64,000 bases of DNA from an uncultured Candidatus Saccharibacteria bacterium (GTDB lineage Bacteria > Patescibacteriota > Minisyncoccia > Phycocordibacterales > UBA12088), in contig CAZLUD010000001.1 in NCBI GenBank assembly GCA_964562615.1, positions 193,072 through 257,071 of the forward strand, given 5' to 3'. The notes under the pieces were generated by a model. That model was not told the origin of the DNA. It made no database searches and was given only the letters and a program-made list of their open reading frames with translations. A program made the translations under genes and the position numbers. How positions within the stretch are numbered: position 1 is the first letter of the stretch; every line of letters starts with the position of its first letter. This document shows positions 47,717-58,019 of the stretch, in pieces.

Positions 47717-48523
47717 ATGGAACCATTAGCATATGCCATTATTGGCGCAGCAGTTGTAGTGGCGGTTTCTGGGGTTGGTATTTTAGTAGCATTATCACTC
47801 AACCACTCACTCCTCCACCGGGCACTGCACTATCTCCCCAGCTTTGCCGCCGGTGTGTTTGTCGTTATTATTTTGGGACTAGCTGAGGAAGCTCAGCACT
47901 CCCTCACCTTTATACAAGCCTCACTCCTTGGTCTCGGTGGCTTTTTACTCCTTGCAGGGGTGTCGTTTTTTATCCCCGACGCAGCACAAGGACACAGTGA
48001 GGAGTGTGAACATACTCACGGTAACGGGCGTGCCAAAGCAAGACGGTTATTTATCGCAGACGGTATTCACAACATGGGTGACGGTATCATTTTGGTGCCT
48101 GCCTTTGCAGCAAGCACCGAGCTTGGTCTTGCGGTATTATTTGGCATTATTGTGCATGAAGCAGTCCAAGAGCTGTCAGAGTTTTTTGTGTACAAAGAAG
48201 CTGGTATCCCTACCAAGGAAGCACTTTTCAAAAATGCGATAAGTGCATCAAGTATTTTTGTTGGCGTGGGCATTGGCGCGCTTATACCTAACCACGAGAC
48301 AATAGAAGCATCCATTATTGCAATCGCTGCAGGATCATTTCTTTTTGTGGTGATCCGCGACCTTCTTCCCCACTCTATCGCAAGAGGTAGAAAGGACTTT
48401 TTTATTCATATAGCAGTAGGAGCGCTAGGCGTGTTGCTTATGCTGCTAGTATCACACCTTGCACCACACATCCACGAAGAAGAGGACGATCATGACACCG
48501 AGCTACACAAGGTGATGGCTTAG
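47717..48523 (+). CDS. ZIP family metal transporter
   Basis: ADGIHNMGDG and HEAVQE motifs; His-rich loop and tail. Confidence 0.88.
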   Translation: MEPLAYAIIGAAVVVAVSGVGILVALSLNHSLLHRALHYLPSFAAGVFVVIILGLAEEAQHSLTFIQASLLGLGGFLLLAGVSFFIPDAAQGHSEECEHTHGNGRAKARRLFIADGIHNMGDGIILVPAFAASTELGLAVLFGIIVHEAVQELSEFFVYKEAGIPTKEALFKNAISASSIFVGVGIGALIPNHETIEASIIAIAAGSFLFVVIRDLLPHSIARGRKDFFIHIAVGALGVLLMLLVSHLAPHIHEEEDDHDTELHKVMA

Positions 48524-49068
48524 GCTCTTTTGAGAGAAAGGTACGAGAGTGCAAGAAGTGCAGAAAACGTAGTGACCGCCACCATAGGAAAGGTGAGGTA
48601 TCCAAACACCACCCAAGAAACCTCTGCGCATGAGGCTTCCAAAATTGTAGCCCCACAGGGTATTGATGCTTCGGTACCAGTAATAAGGGTGTAGTACTGA
48701 AGAATTGAGTGATATATAGCAATCACCATTCCTATCACTCCTAACACTATCGCGTATGGAGCAATGAGTGTCTCTTGCCGCTTCCATAAGGACACACCAA
48801 ATAGTACCGCTAGTGGGTACATAAAAATGCGCTGATACCAACACAGTGGACACACCGTGAGTAAATATGCGTATTGAAATACCAAGCTAGCAACAATAGC
48901 AACCACCGTGAGCATAAATGCCATCCACACATACTCGCGTGTGGTATAGGATGCGATAAATGCACGTACGGTGGGTATAAAAAACCACCCAATAACACCA
49001 AGCACAATTGCTACTTGCATCACAAACATTCCTATCCCTACAAATACTGAAAAATTCTCAAGTGTCAT
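48520..49068 (-). CDS. Disulfide bond formation protein B (DsbB/BdbC family)
   Basis: CPLCWYQRIFMYP plus a second Cys pair. Confidence 0.9.
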   Translation of the reverse strand: MTLENFSVFVGIGMFVMQVAIVLGVIGWFFIPTVRAFIASYTTREYVWMAFMLTVVAIVASLVFQYAYLLTVCPLCWYQRIFMYPLAVLFGVSLWKRQETLIAPYAIVLGVIGMVIAIYHSILQYYTLITGTEASIPCGATILEASCAEVSWVVFGYLTFPMVAVTTFSALLALSYLSLKRA

Positions 49069-49128
49069 ATGGGGTAATTATATACTATGTAGTAGCTGCA
49101 GCCATGCAATAAGTATATACGAAATACG

Positions 49129-49503
49129 TTGCGCGAGTGATGGGACTGACCCGCTTTTTCTAAGCCCTATGGGGCTAAGAACGCTGGTCGCGCCTCGCCG
49201 ACAAGCACTCGCCTTGCTCGTCTTGTATACCGGCTCCGGCGTTCAAGTCCCATCTCATTCGTCGCAAATGCAACAACAGCAAAGCATTCGCTTTGCTGTT
49301 GGCATATTGCGCGAGTGATGGGACTGACCCGCTTTTTCTAAGCCCTATGGGGCTAAGAACGCTGGTCGCGCCTCGCCGACAAGCACTCGCCTTGCTCGTC
49401 TTGTATACCGGCTCCGGCGTTCAAGTCCCATCTCATTCGTCGCAAATGCAACAACAGCAAAGCATTCGCTTTGCTGTTGGCATATTGCGCGAGTGATGGG
49501 ACT
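49129..49503. repeat. Two identical tandem 178-bp units attached to the tRNA-Asp 3' end
   Basis: Units 49129-49306 and 49307-49484 are identical by eye. Each begins with ttgcgcgagtgatgggact, which recurs at 49485-49503 as the tRNA 3' end. Confidence 0.92.
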
Positions 49504-49561
49504 TGAACCCACGACCTCTCCCGTGACAGGGGAGCGCTCTAACCAGCTGAGCTACACCCGC
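49488..49561 (-). tRNA. tRNA-Asp(GTC)
   Basis: Acceptor GCGGGTG/CACTCGC, anticodon arm CTCCC-CTGTCAC-GGGAG. Confidence 0.95.
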
Positions 49562-49609
49562 AACTACCGCATACGTAATGCGTGTAGCGAGAGTATATAT
49601 ATATTTTGG

Positions 49610-49813
49610 CTATTTCGCAAACGTCAAAATGAGTCTATGGATAAGAATAGAAATCCATGAAATCCCAAAAACAAGCCCAATGATAAGACAAGTTGGAATA
49701 AATTCGACAGGAAAGAGCATGTTGTCCCCTGTCCAAATTGTCACAATCCCTAGCGTTGCGGTAATAATAGTAAAACTCAGAAACCCATTACGTAAATATA
49801 GTACTGTATTCAT
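49610..49813 (-). CDS. Small two-TM membrane protein
   Basis: 67-aa hydrophobic ORF; TATACT directly upstream. Confidence 0.45.
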   Translation of the reverse strand: MNTVLYLRNGFLSFTIITATLGIVTIWTGDNMLFPVEFIPTCLIIGLVFGISWISILIHRLILTFAK

Positions 49814-49869
49814 GCAGTATATAACTGTGGGTAATAGTTTGGGTTACAAAAATGCTCTATTCCCCCACA

Positions 49870-49889
49870 AACAGTGCGAAAGCACTGTT
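49870..49889. terminator. Hairpin, probable terminator of the tRNA-Met transcript
   Basis: aacagtgc-gaaa-gcactgtt. Confidence 0.55.
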
Positions 49890-49919
49890 CTCCACCAACA
49901 CGGCGTTCACTTTGTTCAC

Positions 49920-50096
49920 TTGTGTCGGCGGGAGGGATCGAATCTTACAGATTCAGTACACCTTTTGGATATTTTTTTCGCAAGCTCAAAAATACCTCAA
50001 AAGGTCTTCGATCCCGCGTTACGCTCTTTCTTTGAAAGAGCTACGCCCCGCCTCCTTCAACTCACTCTGTTCGTTGTGTCGGCGGGAGGGATCGAA
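49920..50096. repeat. 154-bp element bounded by a 23-bp direct repeat of the tRNA-Met 3' end
   Basis: ttgtgtcggcgggagggatcgaa occurs at 49920-49942 and 50074-50096. Confidence 0.85.
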
Positions 50097-50150
50097 CCTC
50101 CGACCTCAGCTTTATGAGTGCTGTGCTCTAACCATCTGAGCTACGCCGAC
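50077..50150 (-). tRNA. tRNA with CAT anticodon, probably elongator Met (Ile2 not excluded)
   Basis: Acceptor GTCGGCG/CGCCGAC, loop CTCATAA, T-loop TTCGATC; A31:A39 mismatch. Confidence 0.85.
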
Positions 50151-50204
50151 ATGTCATATGACCATACCAAAATTCTGGATTTTTTCAATTGCCTGAGTAA
50201 GTTT

Positions 50205-50234
50205 AGACCTCCCACGCTGCTGCGTGGGAGGTCT
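50205..50234. terminator. Hairpin/terminator
   Basis: agacctcccacgc-tgct-gcgtgggaggtct directly after the stop at 50240 on the minus strand. Confidence 0.75.
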
Positions 50235-50239
50235 CATAC

Positions 50240-50650
50240 TTAATGCTGCCTCCTTTCATAAAGCGGAGTCCAGTACACTCCTTCCTCTGTGAGTGATCTT
50301 TCATTCATCCACTTAATCATTTCAAGAATACTTGGTGCTGCGTCATTATTTACCGCTTCCGTATGCATTGAAATTTCTTTCATTTGTCTAATCAGATCTA
50401 TAATCTTTTCTTTGATATCAACAACATTTTCAAGGTTAAATAACTCCCCAAAAATAGGTGCCCATCTTGGAGTACCAACGTCACCGAGGTGTAAACCACT
50501 TTCAAATTTATGAACAAATTCTCTAAAGATTCTTAATTCTTTTGTTGTTCTAAATTTTTTACCTTCAATTGCATGGTACAGCTGCATACTTGCACGTAGC
50601 CTCAAGGCAGGAAACGGAACAACAAATTCACCGAGGTTGTTCGTAGACAT
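50240..50650 (-). CDS. Hypothetical protein (AT-rich singleton between tRNAs)
   Basis: ORF with SD-like GGAGG before ATG 50650 and its own terminator. Confidence 0.55.
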   Translation of the reverse strand: MSTNNLGEFVVPFPALRLRASMQLYHAIEGKKFRTTKELRIFREFVHKFESGLHLGDVGTPRWAPIFGELFNLENVVDIKEKIIDLIRQMKEISMHTEAVNNDAAPSILEMIKWMNERSLTEEGVYWTPLYERRQH

Positions 50651-50722
50651 AAAGAAACCCTCCACTGCTCATTTGTGATTAAATGAGCTACTAGACAGGA
50701 GCCTACTATAAAAATGTATAAA

Positions 50723-50752
50723 GTAAAAGCGTCCATATTTGGACGCTTTTAC
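50723..50752 (-). terminator. Terminator after tRNA-fMet
   Basis: gtaaaagcgtcca-tatt-tggacgcttttac. Confidence 0.75.
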
Positions 50753-50758
50753 ACCGTG

Positions 50759-50829
50759 TTGCGGGGACCGGATTTGCACCGATGGCTCGAGGTTATGAGC
50801 CTCGCGAGATACTTCTTCTCCACCCCGCA
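50759..50829 (-). tRNA. Initiator-type tRNA-fMet(CAT), non-canonical
   Basis: TGCGGGGTGGAG start, A11:U24 pair, loop CTCATAA and CCCCGCAA end resemble bacterial initiators; the T-loop is TGCAAAT. Confidence 0.8.
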
Positions 50830-50915
50830 ATTGCGCCTTATTCAACACACCCTACAAAAGGCTTGTGAAGCGAACTATACACTTTTTTATAGCAAAAGGC
50901 AACGTGATATTTTTG

Positions 50916-51542
50916 CTACTCTACAAAATAAAACTCTGAGAATACCTGCTCATACAGGTTCATTGCGCGTAGCGCCTCACGGCGAGTGAGAATAAAGTCA
51001 CTTCCTCGGTGAGCAATTTCGTTCCTTACCTTGTGCGCATCCCATGCTTCTTGTATTTTTGGAAAATCACCACGCTCAACGTTTTTAAGTTTTTCACCCA
51101 GTGAGTTGCCCTGATACCCCGCGCTCGTAATTAGTTGGTCAAGCATGATATCTGCTTCAATAATGGCTTGCCGCCAATCGCTTGGATTGTGTGAATCAAT
51201 CATGAGGCGTATTCTCTGCCATTTATCAGTAGCAAGCATCTGTGGCTCACGCTTTTTAATAGAAGAAAAGAGTACCGCTTCTTCATACTCTTCTAAATCC
51301 TTGATGCGGTAGTAGTAATATATAATTCCAAAAAGGAGTAGCAGTGAAATAAATCCAGAAATAAGACTGAAAATAAACCACGCCTCAGCAAATATCGAGC
51401 TACCTCCACCATCTATACCACCGCTTCCAGAACCACCTCCACCATCCCCACCAGAAAAAGCAAAGAAAATTTGCCCCGTGATAACGAGATACAAAAGACG
51501 GAACAAATACTCGATATTGAGAAAATTGATACCGTAGTCCAT
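50916..51542 (-). CDS. Hypothetical membrane protein with helical C-terminal domain
   Basis: TM segments, Gly linker, then WRQAIIEADIMLD...LGEKLK...AWDAHKVRNEIAH. Confidence 0.75.
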   Translation of the reverse strand: MDYGINFLNIEYLFRLLYLVITGQIFFAFSGGDGGGGSGSGGIDGGGSSIFAEAWFIFSLISGFISLLLLFGIIYYYYRIKDLEEYEEAVLFSSIKKREPQMLATDKWQRIRLMIDSHNPSDWRQAIIEADIMLDQLITSAGYQGNSLGEKLKNVERGDFPKIQEAWDAHKVRNEIAHRGSDFILTRREALRAMNLYEQVFSEFYFVE

Positions 51543-51574
51543 TGTGTCTATTCTACTACAAAGTAGGTAGTACC

Positions 51575-52996
51575 CTAAGCGCCAATATCTTTTGCAACAG
51601 CGAAGAGGTGTGATTCGTTAGTATGTGCAGCTAAAAATTGAATCCCGAGAGGAAGTGCTACTCCCTCTACCATGACTTCACCAGAAGGGACAGAAATACC
51701 CGGGATACCTGCAATATTTGCTGGTACGGTAAATATATCTTCAAGATACATCGAGAGAGGATCATTCGTTTTTTCTCCAAAGACAAACGCAGGTCCAGGA
51801 GTGGTTGGCGTTGCAATAACATCTACCTTCGCAAATGCATCAGCAAATTCCTTTTTTATTTGATTCCTTACCGCAACCGCCTTTGCGTAGTACGCATCAT
51901 AATATCCTGAAGAAAGCACATAGGCGCCAAGTAAAATACGCCTACGAACCTCGTTACCAAATCCTTTTGTGCGAGTTTGTATAAAGTCATCAATACCGTC
52001 CTTTCCTTCAATATGAAGACCGTACCGTATACCATCAAATCGTGACAAATTAGTAGATACCTCAGCAGGCATAATGATGTAGTACACTGCAAGGCTTTTT
52101 GGTACAGCGGGGAGCTCAATATCAACAATAGTATGTCCCTTGGCTTTAAGCGCATTGAGTGCGTCTTCAAATACTTTTGACGCGTCGTGCGATAAACCCT
52201 TTTCTACAAACGCTCTTGGTACCCCGATAGTAAGTGGTCTATTCTCAGTTGCTACCGCTGGCGATACATAATCAGGTATGCTCGTGTGATCCATCGCATC
52301 CCTCCCCCGTACCGCATCAAAAAGAATTTTTGTATCCTCAACGCTCTTGCCAAATGGTCCAATAACATCAAGCGATGACCCCATCGCAATAAGCCCATAG
52401 CGAGAAACAGATCCATACGTAGGTTTGAGTCCCACCACTCCACAAAAACTTGCCGGTTGTCTAATAGACCCTCCAGTATCAGAACCATATGATCCAAGTA
52501 CCATACCCGCAGCAACCGCAGCAGCACTGCCGCCTGATGATCCACCTGGTACTCGTTTGCTATCGCGCGGATTAGTTGTCTTTTTGTATGCAGAATTCTC
52601 TGTAGAAGAACCCATGGCAAATTCATCACAGTTAGTGCGGCCCACAAGCACTGCCCCTTGCTTGGTAAGCGTATCTACTACTGTCGCGCTATAACTTGCG
52701 ACATATCCCTCTAGGATTTTTGAACTTGCGGTTGCGCGTGATCCTTTTCTGAGAATATTGTCTTTGAGTGCAATCGGAATACCCGTAAGCGGATGAATGT
52801 CCCCCGCTGCAATCATTGCGTCGGCGTGTGCCGCTTGTTCGAGGACATCACTATACACCTCAAGAAACGCGCCAACGATTGCATCACGCTCGGCTATTAC
52901 CGCTAAAGCTGCCTCAGCCAGTGCCACAGCTGAATACTTCTTCTCATCAAGGTCCTTTCTTGCTTGTGTTATTGAAAGAGTGCGAAGGTCTATCAT
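51575..52996 (-). CDS. gatA: Asp/Glu-tRNA amidotransferase subunit A
   Basis: Amidase signature GGSSGGSAAAV and GSDTGGSIRQPA; RRILLG. Confidence 0.96.
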   Translation of the reverse strand: MIDLRTLSITQARKDLDEKKYSAVALAEAALAVIAERDAIVGAFLEVYSDVLEQAAHADAMIAAGDIHPLTGIPIALKDNILRKGSRATASSKILEGYVASYSATVVDTLTKQGAVLVGRTNCDEFAMGSSTENSAYKKTTNPRDSKRVPGGSSGGSAAAVAAGMVLGSYGSDTGGSIRQPASFCGVVGLKPTYGSVSRYGLIAMGSSLDVIGPFGKSVEDTKILFDAVRGRDAMDHTSIPDYVSPAVATENRPLTIGVPRAFVEKGLSHDASKVFEDALNALKAKGHTIVDIELPAVPKSLAVYYIIMPAEVSTNLSRFDGIRYGLHIEGKDGIDDFIQTRTKGFGNEVRRRILLGAYVLSSGYYDAYYAKAVAVRNQIKKEFADAFAKVDVIATPTTPGPAFVFGEKTNDPLSMYLEDIFTVPANIAGIPGISVPSGEVMVEGVALPLGIQFLAAHTNESHLFAVAKDIGA

Positions 52997-53000
52997 GGAA

Positions 53001-53276
53001 TTACATTATCTTTTTTACCACCACATGATCACCCTCGCGACCATGCGCAAGTGATAGCAATGTTTCAGTATGCTCGCCTGGGGCGTGAGGCTCGTTATCC
53101 TCTCTAAACACATTATGTACTCCAGTCACCTCATTGGTAGTTGGTTCCGCTTCTCCTAATTCACTTACATAATTTAGAATCGAAGAAAACTCCCCAATGA
53201 GGCGCTCTTTTTCTTCTTCTGAAAGCTCAATTCGAGAAAGTGCTGCCAGCATTTCTACGTCTTTCTTCGGTATCAT
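53001..53276 (-). CDS. gatC: Asp/Glu-tRNA amidotransferase subunit C
   Basis: LAALSRIEL...SILNYV..L...NVFRED; directly upstream of gatA. Confidence 0.88.
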   Translation of the reverse strand: MIPKKDVEMLAALSRIELSEEEKERLIGEFSSILNYVSELGEAEPTTNEVTGVHNVFREDNEPHAPGEHTETLLSLAHGREGDHVVVKKIM

Positions 53277-53301
53277 ATGGCGTATCCTAGCATGAAGCGC
53301 T

Positions 53302-55365
<2,064 letters not shown>

Positions 55366-55374
55366 TCAAATGGG

Positions 55375-55800
55375 CTATTTGTAGCGCTCCACGATGCCTC
55401 GTTCTACTCTAAATCCAGTAGTAACCGAGCAGGTGGTGTTGTAGCCACGAGAGCGTATTTCACCAGTGGTGCTATTAACCGATACTACCGCGCAACCTCT
55501 TCCTGGTATATCAAGGGTGAAATTACCGTTACTAGGCCCGACGGTAAATGACTGGCTAAGACACGTGATGGTCTTTCCTTCATCAAAGGCTCCTTGTATC
55601 GCCCAATAAAGTGCGCAGTCAGAACCCGATTTTGCTGCATAAAGTGCTATTTGTGATACTTCACCAAAATTAGCAAGGCGAAGTTCTTTGGTCATTATTT
55701 GCATAACTGATGCACTCACCGAAAGCACAAGCGTAATGATAAGCATCGCATACAGAAGCGTAAAACCTTTATTCATAGTGTTGGGGTGCTTGGTATGCAT
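55375..55800 (-). CDS. Minor pilin, PilX-like
   Basis: KGFTLLYAMLI (no Glu5); ALYAAKSGSDCALYW. Confidence 0.75.
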   Translation of the reverse strand: MHTKHPNTMNKGFTLLYAMLIITLVLSVSASVMQIMTKELRLANFGEVSQIALYAAKSGSDCALYWAIQGAFDEGKTITCLSQSFTVGPSNGNFTLDIPGRGCAVVSVNSTTGEIRSRGYNTTCSVTTGFRVERGIVERYK

Positions 55801-55802
55801 GC

Positions 55803-56396
55803 TTATGATTCTAGTTCTGCTTCACGTTTTGCTTTTGCTGCATTAAAGTCATACATAATTCTTGAAACGGTCATTGTCTTAGCACCAGAAGGTACATCCC
55901 ACGTCAAAATAACCTCAATAAGATTTTCATCCAAGTTACCATTTGGTTGCGTGACGCGAATTGTTCGCGTGTATTCAGATACCCCCCAACTACTGTTATA
56001 TCCATAAAACGATCCGGTAGAATCCTTTCTCATTGGCGGGCATGCCGAGGTGCATCTTGATATTGCATTAGCAGGCGTTGCCGCAGGTGCGACGGTGGTG
56101 TCCATGATACATCCATAGGTGCCTCCGCAGTTGGTACGGGCGTACGCAAAGCCGGCTGTTCCGTTTTTGGTGTCGTTGTCTCGTATATTAGTGAGGAGCT
56201 CCATGGCATCCTGCCCTAAAAAGAATGCAGTGATTTGCTCACGCGTATACGCAGCAGAATTAAGTGATCGTTGTACGAGCGCCATCGGACCAACCAAAGA
56301 AACAATAAGTACCGCAACCGCCACCAATGTTTCAATAAGGGTGAACCCAGCTTGCGTATCACCGTTTACACGATTATGTGGGTGTTGCTTCATCAT
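55803..56396 (-). CDS. Minor pilin, PilV-like
   Basis: AGFTLIETLVAV...AFFLGQDAME...IRD. Confidence 0.85.
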   Translation of the reverse strand: MMKQHPHNRVNGDTQAGFTLIETLVAVAVLIVSLVGPMALVQRSLNSAAYTREQITAFFLGQDAMELLTNIRDNDTKNGTAGFAYARTNCGGTYGCIMDTTVAPAATPANAISRCTSACPPMRKDSTGSFYGYNSSWGVSEYTRTIRVTQPNGNLDENLIEVILTWDVPSGAKTMTVSRIMYDFNAAKAKREAELES

Positions 56397-56397
56397 G

Positions 56398-57999
56398 CTA
56401 GAACTCGGTCTCATTAGTGACAGAACCAGATGTATTTCTCACTTCAGTAGTAGGAGCTAAACAACTATTTGAACAAGCGCCGCCAGTTGAGCATAGCCTG
56501 CAATCAAGTCCTGTAGTGCTCATGCCTGGGTCAACACATCCAGTAACTGCGCATGGCTGACCAGGTATACATATCGCACAGTTGATAACCGTTGTAGTGG
56601 TACCGCCACCGTTATTTACGACATCAAGGCATAGTGGAGAACACGTACCACCAGTAGTACAAGGTCTACAGTCTAGGTTATAGACAATATATGTATCCCT
56701 TTTATACACACTTACGCGCTTTATACTTCCACTGTTTGGTGTACCAAATCCTCCAACCCAATATGAATTGTTACCATAATTCATGGTAGTAGAGACAGTT
56801 GGCTCTGCCTGACTAGCATTGGTGAGATTGCTTGGAAGTGGATGAAATGCCTTTAGCTGGCACGTGATACCGTTTTGTGTCGTCGCTGGAAGAGATCCAT
56901 TAGTATAAGGGGCATTTCCTGCGTATGCGCGTATCGACATTAAATCTTCACACTTATTGCCCGAGTAATCTTCAGCAACAACCTTCAAATCGTATGAGAA
57001 AGTCAAATTGGTGTTTCTGAAATCAAGCAATACATAACGGCCACTTGTTTTACAATACCCTTTTCCGCTCACGCTTCCACTAAAGTCACAGTCCCACAAC
57101 GGACTAGCGCTCCATGCACCAACGACTTGAGTTGAGAATGTAGCACACGCAGGGTCATATGTACTTGGACTGTTTGCGTCAGGACCTTCGCCCTTTTCGC
57201 ATCTACCATTAGTAGTGGTAACTGAGGGAGTTGTAGTGGTGGTGGTGCAATCTGGTGAATTGCTGTTTTCATTGTAAAAACATCTACCATCCCCCGGTGT
57301 TGGATTGTTGGGTACGGTGGTAGAAGGACAATCAAGTGGATGTGTTTGGTATGACTCACCATAGTTACATTGCCCGTTGCCAGCTAATTCACCAGGATTG
57401 TAGGTATAGGTATACGCAACTGTGGTATCAACAGGTAGCGCCTCAGAAACCGTTGTTTGGATATTAAATGCAGTCTTTGTGCCATTACGCTCGCCTGCCT
57501 CACCCCGCACTACAATAAAGGCACGCCGCTGATTATCCCCTAATCCAGTCACAAAGAATCTACCGTACGAAAGATTTACATTAGGCGCGGTCATTGCTAC
57601 ATACGGTCCCGATGCGCCATTTTTAGACAAGAGCAATTGTCCTGATGAAGAAAAAGCATATACCCATTGATCAGCAGTAGTGCTTGTGTTTCCACCACGA
57701 GGCTCAAATGCGATGTACGTACCGCCTCCCTGACAATCCTGCTCGGTTGCAATAGAAGAATTATTTACGCTATTTGCACAGTGATACGTGCTACCGTCTC
57801 GAATGGTTCGAGACATAGAATCAAGTGCTGCGTTAAGATTATTAAATACCAACTTTTGTGATCGGGCTTTTTCATTACCGGTCATAAGCGATACAAACGA
57901 ACCAACCGTAACAAGTGCAACCACACTAAATAGTGCAAGTGCAACCAGCGTCTCCACTAATGTGTACCCTCGTATGTATCTTGTAGATGTAGTATTCAT
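56398..57999 (-). CDS. Minor pilin (PilW/GspJ-like) with long Cys/Thr-rich extension
   Basis: RGYTLVETLVAL followed by about 340 aa of Cys-rich repeats. Confidence 0.8.
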   Translation of the reverse strand: MNTTSTRYIRGYTLVETLVALALFSVVALVTVGSFVSLMTGNEKARSQKLVFNNLNAALDSMSRTIRDGSTYHCANSVNNSSIATEQDCQGGGTYIAFEPRGGNTSTTADQWVYAFSSSGQLLLSKNGASGPYVAMTAPNVNLSYGRFFVTGLGDNQRRAFIVVRGEAGERNGTKTAFNIQTTVSEALPVDTTVAYTYTYNPGELAGNGQCNYGESYQTHPLDCPSTTVPNNPTPGDGRCFYNENSNSPDCTTTTTTPSVTTTNGRCEKGEGPDANSPSTYDPACATFSTQVVGAWSASPLWDCDFSGSVSGKGYCKTSGRYVLLDFRNTNLTFSYDLKVVAEDYSGNKCEDLMSIRAYAGNAPYTNGSLPATTQNGITCQLKAFHPLPSNLTNASQAEPTVSTTMNYGNNSYWVGGFGTPNSGSIKRVSVYKRDTYIVYNLDCRPCTTGGTCSPLCLDVVNNGGGTTTTVINCAICIPGQPCAVTGCVDPGMSTTGLDCRLCSTGGACSNSCLAPTTEVRNTSGSVTNETEF

Positions 58000-58019
58000 G
58001 TTGACTATAGTGTAACAGA

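Noticed and set aside
48971-49496. + strand ORFs 48971-49318 and 49293-49496 with duplicated peptide
   Set aside because: They are translations of the 178-bp non-coding repeat and have no credible starts.
49129-49503. Possible CRISPR array (19-bp repeat x3)
   Set aside because: The intervening 159-bp segments are identical and too long for spacers, the repeat is a tRNA 3' end, and there are no cas genes in the window.
50077-50150. A31:A39 mismatch suggesting a tRNA pseudogene
   Set aside because: All other arms pair fully, and non-canonical 31:39 pairs are tolerated in Met tRNAs.
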